DNA of 64,000 nt from assembly GCA_041662625.1 (NCBI GenBank), contig JBAZSB010000002.1:85497-149496 (forward strand), read 5' to 3'. Position 1 is the first letter of the stretch; the number at the start of each line of letters is the position of its first letter. Positions 7,946 to 17,077 of this stretch are shown here, piece after piece. The translations under genes and the position numbers were made by a program. This DNA is from Patescibacteria group bacterium. GTDB taxonomy: Bacteria; Patescibacteriota; Patescibacteriia; Buchananbacterales; UBA6539. The notes under the pieces were generated by a model. The model was not told the DNA's origin and did no database searches. It saw nothing but the letters and a program-made list of their open reading frames with translations.

Positions 7946-7974
7946 TTGACAGTTTTAACCTGCTATGTTAATTT
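7946..7974 (+). promoter_or_regulatory. promoter TTGACA-N17-TAATTT
   Basis: TTGACA 7946-7951, 17-nt spacer, TAATTT 7969-7974, upstream of the GC-rich ORF at 8048. Confidence 0.45.
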
Positions 7975-8047
7975 GAAGCGTTTACCGTGGCAGTAAACCT
8001 AGGGCGTGATAACCAGGTGTGCACCTGAAAAGCTAAGGAGGAGCGTC

Positions 8048-9118
8048 ATGCGAAACAACATAATTACGGTTTTGGTTTCAATGTTAGCAATAACGTCGGC
8101 CTGGGCCGAAGGAAAAACCGAGGCCAGGGACCCGACTAAACGGATCCCAATAATTAAGGTCGGTGACACGGCAACACTGGACTTCTGGGGATTTGGCCAA
8201 GGAGCGTTTGTCGAAGACGCTGAACCTGACGAATTCCAGTGGACCAATCTGAGGTTGTACGGCAACCTGGAGGGGAAGCAACTCGGACTCGGGTTTGTCC
8301 TGAACTTCGCCGACCTGCAAGAGCCAGAAGGTAATTGGCTGCGTGAGCTTTACGGTAAGTTCAAACTGACCGATACCCTGGAAACCCGCGCCGGCCTGAT
8401 CCTGACTTCGGTTGGTAATGGTGAGGCTTTCCCCGGACCGCCCAAAAACGAAACCGTACTTTTCCCCCGAAGCTTACAGTTTGGCCAATATGGCTATGGC
8501 CTTCAGCTTCGCTGGAAAACCGATTTCTGGTCAGTAGTGGCTGACATCACCGGTAATACGGCCTTGCCATTCGATGATCCAAACAAGTTCAAGGATCTCG
8601 AGTTCTCCGGCCGGGTCAAACGGATCTTTCGAAACCACGAGCGCGAACTGGGCTATCTGGGGGGAACCGTTCAATTGACTAAAGCTGTCAACCGATTTGG
8701 TCTCGACGGTCAAGGGCAGCCGACCAAGACGCTGACTCTGCGCGGTGGCGTGTTCTACTCTGACTACGCCAGTGAAAAGCAAAGCAACCAGCTTAGTGGT
8801 TTTGGTCTAGCCGCGTATCGACCAAAGTCTTGGTTCGAAGTCCACACGATGATCGAGGGCACGAAAGATTTCGCCAAGGAGTACCAAGACCTCCAAGAGA
8901 AGAAAGACAAGCAGGGGAATGTCATTCACGATGAGTGGGGGAATATCATTTACGAAGAGGTGACGCGGCGGACATCAGATGCGACCGAAATCAGTTGGAC
9001 CAACGGGGTACGCTTCTTTGGAAAAGATGATCATTGGTCGTTAACGCTAGACTACAAGACTGTGCTGGAGGGACAGCGGGAAGACCAAATCTCGTTACGA
9101 GTGCATATTCCGTTCTGA
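8048..9118 (+). CDS. secreted protein resembling an outer-membrane beta-barrel (signal peptide, C-terminal Phe)
   Basis: Start at the ATG 6 nt after AAGGAGG. N-terminus MRNNIITVLVSMLAITSAWA is a signal peptide. Alternating amphipathic segments, and the protein ends ...ISLRVHIPF with a terminal Phe as in Gram-negative beta-barrels. About 52% GC. Confidence 0.45.
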   Translation: MRNNIITVLVSMLAITSAWAEGKTEARDPTKRIPIIKVGDTATLDFWGFGQGAFVEDAEPDEFQWTNLRLYGNLEGKQLGLGFVLNFADLQEPEGNWLRELYGKFKLTDTLETRAGLILTSVGNGEAFPGPPKNETVLFPRSLQFGQYGYGLQLRWKTDFWSVVADITGNTALPFDDPNKFKDLEFSGRVKRIFRNHERELGYLGGTVQLTKAVNRFGLDGQGQPTKTLTLRGGVFYSDYASEKQSNQLSGFGLAAYRPKSWFEVHTMIEGTKDFAKEYQDLQEKKDKQGNVIHDEWGNIIYEEVTRRTSDATEISWTNGVRFFGKDDHWSLTLDYKTVLEGQREDQISLRVHIPF

Positions 9119-9149
9119 TTCCTCGGAATCCAGGAGAGGGTTACTAGCA

Positions 9150-9185
9150 GCGGCGCTTGCCTTTTGGTGAGCGCTCTTTTTTTAT
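9150..9185 (+). terminator. rho-independent terminator
   Basis: GCGCT..AGCGC stem followed by TCTTTTTTTA. Confidence 0.5.
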
Positions 9186-9301
9186 CTCTTATCCTCAATC
9201 TCCTTGTTAAACAAAACTGAAGCTGCTATAATTGCTAATGAAGGGGGTCGTCGATTAACTATTAAACTATTTAATATTAATTAACAGCTAATTTTAACTT
9301 T

Positions 9302-9820
9302 ATGACGCCATTACCTAATCAGGCGAGTATGCCCAAGCCAGCCGCACCCAAACCAGCTGGTAGTAAACCAAATGTTTGGCTGATTGTCAGTATTATTTTG
9401 GCAATCATTTTAGTTGTCGTTGTGGTTATGAACTATACTGCCAAGCAAGGCGGTCAAGATAAATCTTTAACGACAGTTTTATCAACCCAGGCGGCCGGCG
9501 ATAAATTACTGGATTTTGTTAATAAAATCTATGGCTCTCAATTGGGGGCAATGTCAGTTAAAGAGGTAGCGGAAGAAAGTGGTCTATACAAAGTAATCTT
9601 CAGCCTGACTGATCCGACTACCGGCCAACCAGCTGATCAACCAGCCTTTATTACCAAAGACGGTAAAAAATTCATTCCCCAGGCAGTTGATATCGCTGAA
9701 GCTTTAACTCAGTTCGACGCTTTACAACAGCAGCAACAGGCTGCCCCAACTGCCGGAACTCCAACACCAACACCTGAACCAACACCGACACCGGAGCCAG
9801 AAACTCCCCCAGCAGAATAA
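9302..9820 (+). CDS. membrane-anchored protein with Pro/Thr-rich C-terminal linker
   Basis: One TM helix (WLIVSIILAIILVVVVV), then a globular part, then the tail TPTPTPEPTPTPEPETPPAE. Confidence 0.5.
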   Translation: MTPLPNQASMPKPAAPKPAGSKPNVWLIVSIILAIILVVVVVMNYTAKQGGQDKSLTTVLSTQAAGDKLLDFVNKIYGSQLGAMSVKEVAEESGLYKVIFSLTDPTTGQPADQPAFITKDGKKFIPQAVDIAEALTQFDALQQQQQAAPTAGTPTPTPEPTPTPEPETPPAE

Positions 9821-9918
9821 TAAACAAAAAACTCAAAATAAAAACAACTCTGATTTTTCAGGGTTGTTTTTTTAATTAAAAAACCGAACACTTGACGGCA
9901 GATTATTCCAAGAATTTC

Positions 9919-9949
9919 TTGACAAAAAGAAAAATAATTAGTATTATAA
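9919..9949 (+). promoter_or_regulatory. near-consensus promoter TTGACA-N17-TATTAT(AAT)
   Basis: TTGACA 9919-9924; TATTATAAT 9942-9950. Confidence 0.55.
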
Positions 9950-10031
9950 TGAACTTGATCTTTAGCAATTTATACCATTTGGCAACAGATGTTTTGGCAA
10001 TACAGTCTAACGGTAAAGGGAGGAAAAGAGT

Positions 10032-10784
10032 ATGACCATAACGGTCGGGGAACAGCAGGTGCTTGACGCTTCTATTTCACCTGAGGTCGTAGTGTTGTAT
10101 CACAATGGTTCACGAGAGCCCTTTGGGATCATCAGGATTGAGCACCCTGAGACTATTCAAGCAGTTGACGGAAAGACACTCCAACATCTGCTTCGTGATA
10201 CCAATACGGATTGGCTCAGACTCCAGAGTGTTTCTCTTAGGCAAATTCGGGCGCGGCTCGGATTCGAGAAGTGCCTGAGAGCAGCTCGGGGTTTAGTGGA
10301 AACCATTATTGACACCACCGGTAGAGAGGGGGAATTCCAGCAAGCAGCCAGGCTGCTTGAGGACTACCTCCACCTTCCCAATTTGCGGGAAAGGTTGGAA
10401 AACATCCTCTGCTCGCCGACGACACCAATTGTGGTGAGTCTCGACGAAGTAATTAAGTCCATTGATCAGGACACAACGCCGATAGTCCATGAGTTACTCG
10501 TTGGAATTGAAGAATGCCGCAGTCAAAGTGGGACCATCAATTTGGCCTGGGGCACGCTTCCAGTACGGATTTTCGGCAGCCGGGAAAAACGGAAGTACTT
10601 GGAAACAGTTCTAACCCGACTCGGCGTTTTTCGCCGGCTGGCTCAAGGTCATGACCTACAAGCTATTTGTGACGGCTTACGCGCAAACAATCCAGAGTTG
10701 GCTGCGTTGCCAATCTTCGAGCAAGTGATGCGAAGCTGGCAGAGAGATCTACCTACGGGAACGACGGCAACGACGGCGCAGTAG
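10032..10784 (+). CDS. hypothetical protein (GC-rich operon, gene 1)
   Basis: RBS AAAGGGAGGAAAAGAGT-ATG. 250 aa, cytoplasmic, no motif recognised. Confidence 0.55.
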   Translation: MTITVGEQQVLDASISPEVVVLYHNGSREPFGIIRIEHPETIQAVDGKTLQHLLRDTNTDWLRLQSVSLRQIRARLGFEKCLRAARGLVETIIDTTGREGEFQQAARLLEDYLHLPNLRERLENILCSPTTPIVVSLDEVIKSIDQDTTPIVHELLVGIEECRSQSGTINLAWGTLPVRIFGSREKRKYLETVLTRLGVFRRLAQGHDLQAICDGLRANNPELAALPIFEQVMRSWQRDLPTGTTATTAQ

Positions 10785-10806
10785 ACAAGCGCCAGAAAGG
10801 AATGGT

Positions 10807-11415
10807 ATGAGAATCAATTGGATGGTTCTGGTAGCAACAGCGGCTTTCGTAATTGTGGAGATGGCGATCTCCGCATTGGGCCCAAAGACTGACTTCCCTT
10901 TGTGGAAACACGGGGGAATCTGGGGCGACCTGCTCCTATTCGCCGTGATCAACGCTGTCGTCTGGAATCACCTGCGCCTGCCCGGTCTCTGGGTAGTCGT
11001 GGTGATCCTGATAATCGCTGACACAGCGGCAATAGGAATGCACAAGATGTGGTTCGCCGGCCAGGAAGGCATGACCAGTGGGATTTGGCCGACTTGGCCG
11101 AATAACGGCTGCTGGGGCGGCATGAGCCCTGCTGGTTTCATGCACGTGGCTTTCATGACAACGCAGATCGCGATTCTGCTGCTGTTCGTGCTTTCACCCG
11201 CGCCACCTTCGGTCGTCTGGACCGCCGCCATCCTGCTGACAGCGTTCTGGCCGATCAGCGTCCTCCAGCCGTGCTGGTACATAACCAGCAAGTGGATTGA
11301 CGCGATGGCCATCACCAACTCAGCGATTATGGTGGTCGGCACCTGGGGAGCCTGCTGGGTCAAATTGGCCCGGCCGGAATGGATTAAGTTTGTAGTGAAG
11401 TTAACCAGAGGATAA
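10807..11415 (+). CDS. hypothetical Trp-rich integral membrane protein (GC-rich operon, gene 2)
   Basis: 202 aa, about 5 TM segments, ~57% GC. Confidence 0.5.
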   Translation: MRINWMVLVATAAFVIVEMAISALGPKTDFPLWKHGGIWGDLLLFAVINAVVWNHLRLPGLWVVVVILIIADTAAIGMHKMWFAGQEGMTSGIWPTWPNNGCWGGMSPAGFMHVAFMTTQIAILLLFVLSPAPPSVVWTAAILLTAFWPISVLQPCWYITSKWIDAMAITNSAIMVVGTWGACWVKLARPEWIKFVVKLTRG

Positions 11416-11429
11416 GAAGGAGATACCAG

Positions 11430-11672
11430 ATGGGACAAGACGGATTTACCTTCGACAAACTTATCGGCAAACGGTTCCGCTGCACCAAGACCATGCAGTG
11501 GATCCAAATCACAGCCGACGATAAGGACAAGGCCACTTCAGGAAATGACGGTCATCCTTACTGGGATGTGCCGTGTCCGGAACCGGGATGCGGTGGCTTT
11601 CACCGCTTCTGGCACAAGACCAACAACCACCGGCCGGGCAAAGCCGCACTGGCGCCAACGGCGGAAGCGTGA
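11430..11672 (+). CDS. small Cys/His-containing protein (GC-rich operon, gene 3)
   Basis: RBS AAGGAG 8 nt upstream. CPEPGCGGFHRFWH could be a small metal-binding motif. Confidence 0.4.
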   Translation: MGQDGFTFDKLIGKRFRCTKTMQWIQITADDKDKATSGNDGHPYWDVPCPEPGCGGFHRFWHKTNNHRPGKAALAPTAEA

Positions 11673-11912
11673 CCATGACCAGATGCCAAATTCAACGGTT
11701 CGCCGCCGGAGCTACAGCTTTCTTGAATGACCATGCCACCTGGCGGGCGCAACGCGGAAGAAGGCCATCAATGCCTTACATCAAACTCTGGGCAACCCTG
11801 AAAGCCACCCGGTCTACGTGGTACCGCCAGTAAAGGCAGCAGTGCCACTTCAACGGCAACGGCTAAACTAAGCCCAGTACACCTCGGAGGGGAAGGAGAG
11901 GAATTTATAATA

Positions 11913-11958
11913 AGAGCCCCAGCAGGACACCTTGTCCACTGGGCTCTTTTTCTTTTTA
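11913..11958 (+). terminator. rho-independent terminator ending the GC-rich operon
   Basis: GAGCCCCAG..CTGGGCTC stem followed by TTTTTCTTTTT. Confidence 0.6.
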
Positions 11959-11979
11959 CCTGAGGATAACAACCAAACT

Positions 11980-13482
11980 TTAACCTAAACTTTTCCGGAT
12001 TTTCCCCGATTCAATAATTTCTTTACTCAAAGGCTTTTTTGCCTGCCAAAGATAGTAAATATTGGAAGTGAGATTGCGATGGATAAAATCTGCATTAGTT
12101 TTGGGACCAAATTCCGTCTTAAAATGATTTTCTAAAATCTCAACATCAGTTTGAATCTGCTGCCAGACCCGCTGTTTTTTCGCCAATTGATTCAAATTTT
12201 CTTTATTAAGATAACGCCCGGCTAAAAAAATATCTTTTTTGAAATTGAGATAATATTTTTCTAATCTGATTCCCTTTTTACTCAAAGCCTGCAAGCCGCG
12301 GCCGGTACCGATAAACTCCGGCGGCACGCCCAAAGAATAAAGAATTGCCGTAAAGGGAATTGCCCGGGGCAGATGTCTTTTACCAATCAGGCGGGAATAA
12401 CCAAAAAGGCCGACGTGTAATTTGCGCTCCCGCCGCGACGGCACTTGCTCGGAAAGTTTATTGATTAAATCGGCCAACGGCTCAACGCTTCTTCGATAAA
12501 ACGGCTCAAACGTCCGACAAATTTCTTTGGCTTCCTGGAATTCTTTGGGGTTATAAATTTTAACTGGCGTTTTTGGTAATTTTGAATTCAAAATTTTGAT
12601 GGCCTGCTTAACTTTAGCCAGCGGAAAATCATAACGAAAAGCCGATTGAATATAAACTGTGCGCATCCCGGAATATTCTTTCAAGAAATCAGAAATTCTT
12701 TCCGGCGATAAACTGCCGCGGAAAGGCAGCGTGCCAACACCGATTGCCGGATAAACTTTTATCTTATGATCGCGGCCAAAACGATGATATTCTGATAAAG
12801 CAATTTTGCCTGCCACAACGGCCGGAACTAAGCCGGCATTAAGTGCCGGGTCACTGCGGGCAATATGCAACCTCAAATATTCCGGTTTTACCTTGTATTC
12901 TTTTTGATGTAAAACCAAATAGCGATCCAAAAGCTTGCGGCAGCCAATTAAAGTTTCCATTCGTTCCAAAAGCGGCAGAACGTTAAGGTAAGTAAAGCTA
13001 CAACGCTCATTAAAAAGCCGGCATTTAAACTTGGCCAGCTTGGTAAAAGTTTTTTGGATATAAATAATGTGTTCGGCCTTAATCGTCATTGGCAAAATCA
13101 CTTCAAAAAGCGGCGGATGATGAAATTTCAAATCCCGGGCAAAGCTATCAGCAGTCAGAATCCCCATTAATGCCCGCGTTAAGCCGTAACCTTTCTCCTG
13201 CCAGATATTAGGAATCCGAAAAGTCAAAAATTTATCCTTACCCAGCTGGTTAGTCTGGAAATATTGATGATAAGAATGAAACATTTTATCAACTACGGCT
13301 TCATCAACATATTTACCCTCCCAATCCCACATGAATTCCTGGCAATCTAAATCTTTGAAGGCGGAACAACATTCCAAAACCTCTTCATGGGTGGAAACAA
13401 AACCATCCCCATCTTTTTCCCAATAGGGGGCGCAGGCATTATCCGGATGTTGGGTGGCCATAGTGGCCGGTATTTGGCGCAT
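11980..13482 (-). CDS. ppcA: archaeal-type phosphoenolpyruvate carboxylase (PEPcase type 2)
   Basis: 500 aa. The N-terminus MRQIPATMATQHPDNA matches the conserved (M/S)TQHPDN start of archaeal-type PEPC, and the length fits. Confidence 0.75.
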   Translation of the reverse strand: MRQIPATMATQHPDNACAPYWEKDGDGFVSTHEEVLECCSAFKDLDCQEFMWDWEGKYVDEAVVDKMFHSYHQYFQTNQLGKDKFLTFRIPNIWQEKGYGLTRALMGILTADSFARDLKFHHPPLFEVILPMTIKAEHIIYIQKTFTKLAKFKCRLFNERCSFTYLNVLPLLERMETLIGCRKLLDRYLVLHQKEYKVKPEYLRLHIARSDPALNAGLVPAVVAGKIALSEYHRFGRDHKIKVYPAIGVGTLPFRGSLSPERISDFLKEYSGMRTVYIQSAFRYDFPLAKVKQAIKILNSKLPKTPVKIYNPKEFQEAKEICRTFEPFYRRSVEPLADLINKLSEQVPSRRERKLHVGLFGYSRLIGKRHLPRAIPFTAILYSLGVPPEFIGTGRGLQALSKKGIRLEKYYLNFKKDIFLAGRYLNKENLNQLAKKQRVWQQIQTDVEILENHFKTEFGPKTNADFIHRNLTSNIYYLWQAKKPLSKEIIESGKIRKSLG

Positions 13483-13590
13483 AAACTGAGTTTTATAATA
13501 AAAGTATTATAGCACAGAAACAAAAAAGCTAGAAAACATCAAGGTAAATTGCCTTTTTGGCTTTTAGTAAATATTCCTAAGCTATTTTAC

Positions 13591-13619
13591 TAGACAAAAA
13601 ATTCCCCCGGCGCTATAAT
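13591..13619 (+). promoter_or_regulatory. promoter TAGACA-N17-TATAAT for trxA-trxB
   Basis: TAGACA 13591-13596; TATAAT 13614-13619. Confidence 0.5.
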
Positions 13620-13673
13620 ACTTTTGTCTTTAAAAAAACCACCATTTTTTACGCTTAATAATAAAAACTTATT

Positions 13674-14000
13674 ATGTCTGAACTTAAATTTACTGATGAA
13701 AACTTCCAAGAAGAAGTCATAAACTCCAAAGTCCCAGTTTTAATTGACTTTTGGGCTCCTTGGTGCGGACCTTGTAAGATGCAAGCACCGATATTAGAAG
13801 AACTAGCCAAAGATTTTGAGGGCAAGAAGGTAAAAATTGGTAAACTCAACGTTGATGAAGCCGGGAAATCCGCCAGTCAGTTTCAAATCATGAGTATCCC
13901 CACTCTAATGATATTTAAAAATGGCAAACCCTTTGAACAAATGGTGGGTGTTCAGGATAAAAAAACTCTGACCGAAAAATTGAATAAATTATTAGCATGA
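13674..14000 (+). CDS. trxA: thioredoxin
   Basis: 108 aa with the WAPWCGPCK active site. Confidence 0.9.
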   Translation: MSELKFTDENFQEEVINSKVPVLIDFWAPWCGPCKMQAPILEELAKDFEGKKVKIGKLNVDEAGKSASQFQIMSIPTLMIFKNGKPFEQMVGVQDKKTLTEKLNKLLA

Positions 14001-14956
14001 AATCTGAAGATTTATACGATATTATCATCATTGGCGCCGGGCCAGCTGGACTGACAGCTGGTCTTTATAGTTCCAGACGGACTTTAAAGACTTTAATTTT
14101 ATCCAAAGACTTAGGCGGCCAAGCAGCCATTACCTATGAAGTGGAAAATTATCCCGGAGTTGATTTAACTGATGGTTTCAGTCTGATGAAAAGATTTGCC
14201 GAATCGGCCCAAAAATTCGGGGCCGAGATTAAATACAATGAAGTTAAAAAAATCATAAAACAGGAAGATAAATTTTTAGTCAAAACGGATAACGAAGAAT
14301 TTATTGCCAAGACTTTGGTCTTAGCGTTTGGCTTGATGCCTTCTGATCTCAATGTACCAGGGGAAAAAGAATTTAAAGGTCATGGTGTTTCCTATTGTGC
14401 CACTTGCGACGGGCCACTTTATAAAAATAAAACTGTTGCCGTTATCGGCGGCGGCAATTCCGCACTTGATGCCGCAGAATATTTAGCCAAACTAGCGGCT
14501 AAAGTTTATTTAATCCACCGGCGGGATCAGTTCCGCGGGGAAAAAGTTATTTTGGAAAAACTAAAGAATAATCAAAAAGTAGAAATGGTTTTAAGTTCGG
14601 AAATAAAAGAGATCAAGGGCAACGGAGTAGTTAAATCAATTGTTATCACTGATAATGGTCATGGCCAGCTTAAAGAATTAGAAGTTGATGGTGTTTTTGT
14701 GGAAGTTGGCTACTCGCCAAAAACCGAGTTAGTCAAAGATTTAGTCAAACTCAATGAACGAGGAGAAATTATCACTGACAAAGATTCTAATACTACCCAG
14801 CCCGGCATTTTTGCCTGCGGCGATGTTACTGACTCATCCTATAAACAAATTGTGATTTCGGCCGGCGAAGGCGCCAAAGCCGCTTTGCAAGCCTACAAAT
14901 ATCTTTATTTGGAACGCGGAGAAAAAATTCTGCCTGATTGGGAACAGAAAAAGTAG
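13997..14956 (+). CDS. trxB: thioredoxin-disulfide reductase
   Basis: GAGPAGLTAG FAD motif and CATCDG redox-active site. ATGA start/stop overlap with trxA. Confidence 0.9.
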   Translation: MKSEDLYDIIIIGAGPAGLTAGLYSSRRTLKTLILSKDLGGQAAITYEVENYPGVDLTDGFSLMKRFAESAQKFGAEIKYNEVKKIIKQEDKFLVKTDNEEFIAKTLVLAFGLMPSDLNVPGEKEFKGHGVSYCATCDGPLYKNKTVAVIGGGNSALDAAEYLAKLAAKVYLIHRRDQFRGEKVILEKLKNNQKVEMVLSSEIKEIKGNGVVKSIVITDNGHGQLKELEVDGVFVEVGYSPKTELVKDLVKLNERGEIITDKDSNTTQPGIFACGDVTDSSYKQIVISAGEGAKAALQAYKYLYLERGEKILPDWEQKK

Positions 14957-15001
14957 GGAAAAAGAGTTGATAGAGTGAATAAAGCGATAAAGTTAATAAA
15001 G

Positions 15002-15030
15002 TTAATAGCCCGAAAGGGTTATTTTTGTTA
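15002..15030 (+). terminator. terminator (GAAA tetraloop hairpin + T-run)
   Basis: AATAGCCC-GAAA-GGGTTATTTTTGTT. Confidence 0.5.
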
Positions 15031-15108
15031 TTGACAGAATAATATGCTCTTGCTAAGTTACCAGCAGAAAACAGGGAGGAAGTTTAATCACAATAGGAGG
15101 GCCACAAC

Positions 15109-15669
15109 ATGGCCAAACCAGTAATGGAAAAAGTAGTTCACCCCCTCTTGACCGCTGTTGCCAAAGACGATATCAACTCAGTTACGGATCTCCTGGCCGG
15201 AGAAGGGCAGACAGACGTTCTGGTCCGAGATGAATTTGGCTGCACCGCTTTACACATTGCAACATTCCGAGGCAATGTGGACCTCGCCTTTCTGCTGATC
15301 GATACGATGACCAGGAAAGACGAAAAAAGCCTTGACCTGAAGGAACGGGCTGGCGGCCAAGCCGCGTTGCACATCGCCGCAATGGGCAATACTACGGCCG
15401 AAAAAAAGGCCACCCGGTTGGAAATCGCCCGACTTTTGCTGAGCCATGGCGCCGACATCAACTTGAAGGATAATGGCGAAAGGACGGCACTCCACATCGC
15501 TTGCGCCGACGGCTGGTTGGAAATGGTCCAGTTACTCTGCGAAAAGCGAGAGAAGACCGCCGACATCAATGCGCGCGAACGCTGCACCAGCACAGCCTTA
15601 GGTCTGGCAGAAAAAGCGGGCCACCAGGAGATAGTGGACTATCTCAAAGAACGGGGCGGCACCCGCTAA
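15109..15669 (+). CDS. ankyrin-repeat protein (GC-rich single-gene island)
   Basis: Repeated TALHIA..G..D....LL..GAD.N modules (at least 4). RBS AGGAGGG. About 57% GC with its own terminator. Confidence 0.8.
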   Translation: MAKPVMEKVVHPLLTAVAKDDINSVTDLLAGEGQTDVLVRDEFGCTALHIATFRGNVDLAFLLIDTMTRKDEKSLDLKERAGGQAALHIAAMGNTTAEKKATRLEIARLLLSHGADINLKDNGERTALHIACADGWLEMVQLLCEKREKTADINARERCTSTALGLAEKAGHQEIVDYLKERGGTR

Positions 15670-15705
15670 GCCAAGGCCGCGGCGTGATTATAAGTGGACT
15701 ACAGA

Positions 15706-15742
15706 GACGGCTCGACTCAACTCAGCGAGCCGCTTTTTTTTA
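15706..15742 (+). terminator. rho-independent terminator
   Basis: CGGCTCG..CGAGCCG stem followed by T8. Confidence 0.65.
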
Positions 15743-15794
15743 TTCAAAAACTCAGTTATAATAAATAATACCATTAATAATTTATCAAAAAACT

Positions 15795-16994
15795 ATGCCA
15801 TTAAATGTCTCAAAAAGAACCCAACAATTGATTACTTCGCCCATCCGCAAATTCCTGCCATTAGTAGTGCAGGCGGAAAAAAGAGGGATCAAAGTTTACA
15901 AAATTAATGTCGGTGACCCAGACATTGCCCCCCCACCCCAGTTTTTGCAGACTGTCAAAAAATACAATAAAATAAATATCCGTTATGCTCCGTCCCCGGG
16001 TATTCCTGAACATGTCCAAGCCTGGATTAAATACTATGCCGGTTTTGGTATTAATTTAAAACCGCAAAATATTGTCCCGACCGTTGGCGGCGCCGAAGGC
16101 ATAATTTTGGCAATGATGGCTGTAGCTAATCCCGGCGATGAAATCATTGTCTTTGAACCGCTTTATACCAGCTACAAAGGTTTTGCCACAATGTGCGACG
16201 TTAAACTGGTACCAGTCACTTTGAAAGTGGAAAATAACTTTGCCCTGCCTTCCCAAAAAGAAATCGAAAAAAAGATTACCAAAAAAACCAAAGCCATCGT
16301 TGTTATTAATCCTAATAATCCGACTGGCACGGCTTTAACGGACAAGGAAATAAAGCTGGTTATTAAAATTGCCAAAATTCATAGCCTTTTTATTATTTCT
16401 GATGAAACTTACCGCGAGATTGTTTTTACGGGCAAACCCACCAGCTTGCTAAAATTTTCAGCAGCCAAAAAAAATCTGGTTTTAGTGGACAGCGCTTCCA
16501 AAAGATTTTCCATGCCCGGCGCCCGCATTGGCTGCATTGCCAGTTATAACCCAGATATTATGTGGTCAATCTTAAAACTGGCAATGATCCGGCTCTCCGT
16601 GCCGACTTTGGAGCAATACGGCTTAGTGCCAATTTTAAATAATTCCAAACCCTACACGACCAAACTTCAGCGCGAATACAAAAAGCGCCGTGACGTAATC
16701 TTCAACGCTTTGACTAAAATGCCGGGGGTGGAATGTAAAAAACCTCAAGGTGCTTTCTACATCATTGCTAAGCTGCCGGTAAAAAATGCTGAGGATTTCA
16801 TCAAATTTTTGCTGAATGATTTCAACTACCAGGGTAAAACCGTTTTACTGACTCCGGCGGCAGAATTCTATGTCACCCGTGGCATTGGCAAAAATGAAAT
16901 TCGGATTGCTTATGTTTTAAACACCAAGGAATTAAAGGAAGCAATGGTAGTCTTACAAAAAGCCTTGGAGCAATATCAGCTCTCTACATGCTAA
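15795..16994 (+). CDS. pyridoxal-phosphate-dependent aminotransferase, class I/II
   Basis: 399 aa. SASKRFSMPGARIGC carries the PLP-Lys motif. Confidence 0.75.
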   Translation: MPLNVSKRTQQLITSPIRKFLPLVVQAEKRGIKVYKINVGDPDIAPPPQFLQTVKKYNKINIRYAPSPGIPEHVQAWIKYYAGFGINLKPQNIVPTVGGAEGIILAMMAVANPGDEIIVFEPLYTSYKGFATMCDVKLVPVTLKVENNFALPSQKEIEKKITKKTKAIVVINPNNPTGTALTDKEIKLVIKIAKIHSLFIISDETYREIVFTGKPTSLLKFSAAKKNLVLVDSASKRFSMPGARIGCIASYNPDIMWSILKLAMIRLSVPTLEQYGLVPILNNSKPYTTKLQREYKKRRDVIFNALTKMPGVECKKPQGAFYIIAKLPVKNAEDFIKFLLNDFNYQGKTVLLTPAAEFYVTRGIGKNEIRIAYVLNTKELKEAMVVLQKALEQYQLSTC

Positions 16995-17077
16995 AAAAAT
17001 GGGAACAAAACTTATCAACTAATTATTCACCGATCATTCGACGATTTCCACAACTTATTCAGAGATTATACTAAATT

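Noticed and set aside
6760-8000. attR-type direct repeat of the tRNA-Ala 3' end marking the far end of the ParB island
   Set aside because: No copy of GGTTCAAATCCCTTAGGGTCCACCA or a 15-nt-or-longer part of it was found by eye. The island boundary remains undefined.
8006-8047. Upstream start for the OMP-like ORF
   Set aside because: AAGGAGG sits 6 nt before the ATG at 8048, which also starts a canonical signal peptide.
11675-11833. 52-aa ORF after the CxxGC protein (and the 86-aa overlapping version at 11573)
   Set aside because: It is possible (GGAAG 9 nt upstream) but too short and featureless to call. The 86-aa version overlaps the previous gene out of frame.
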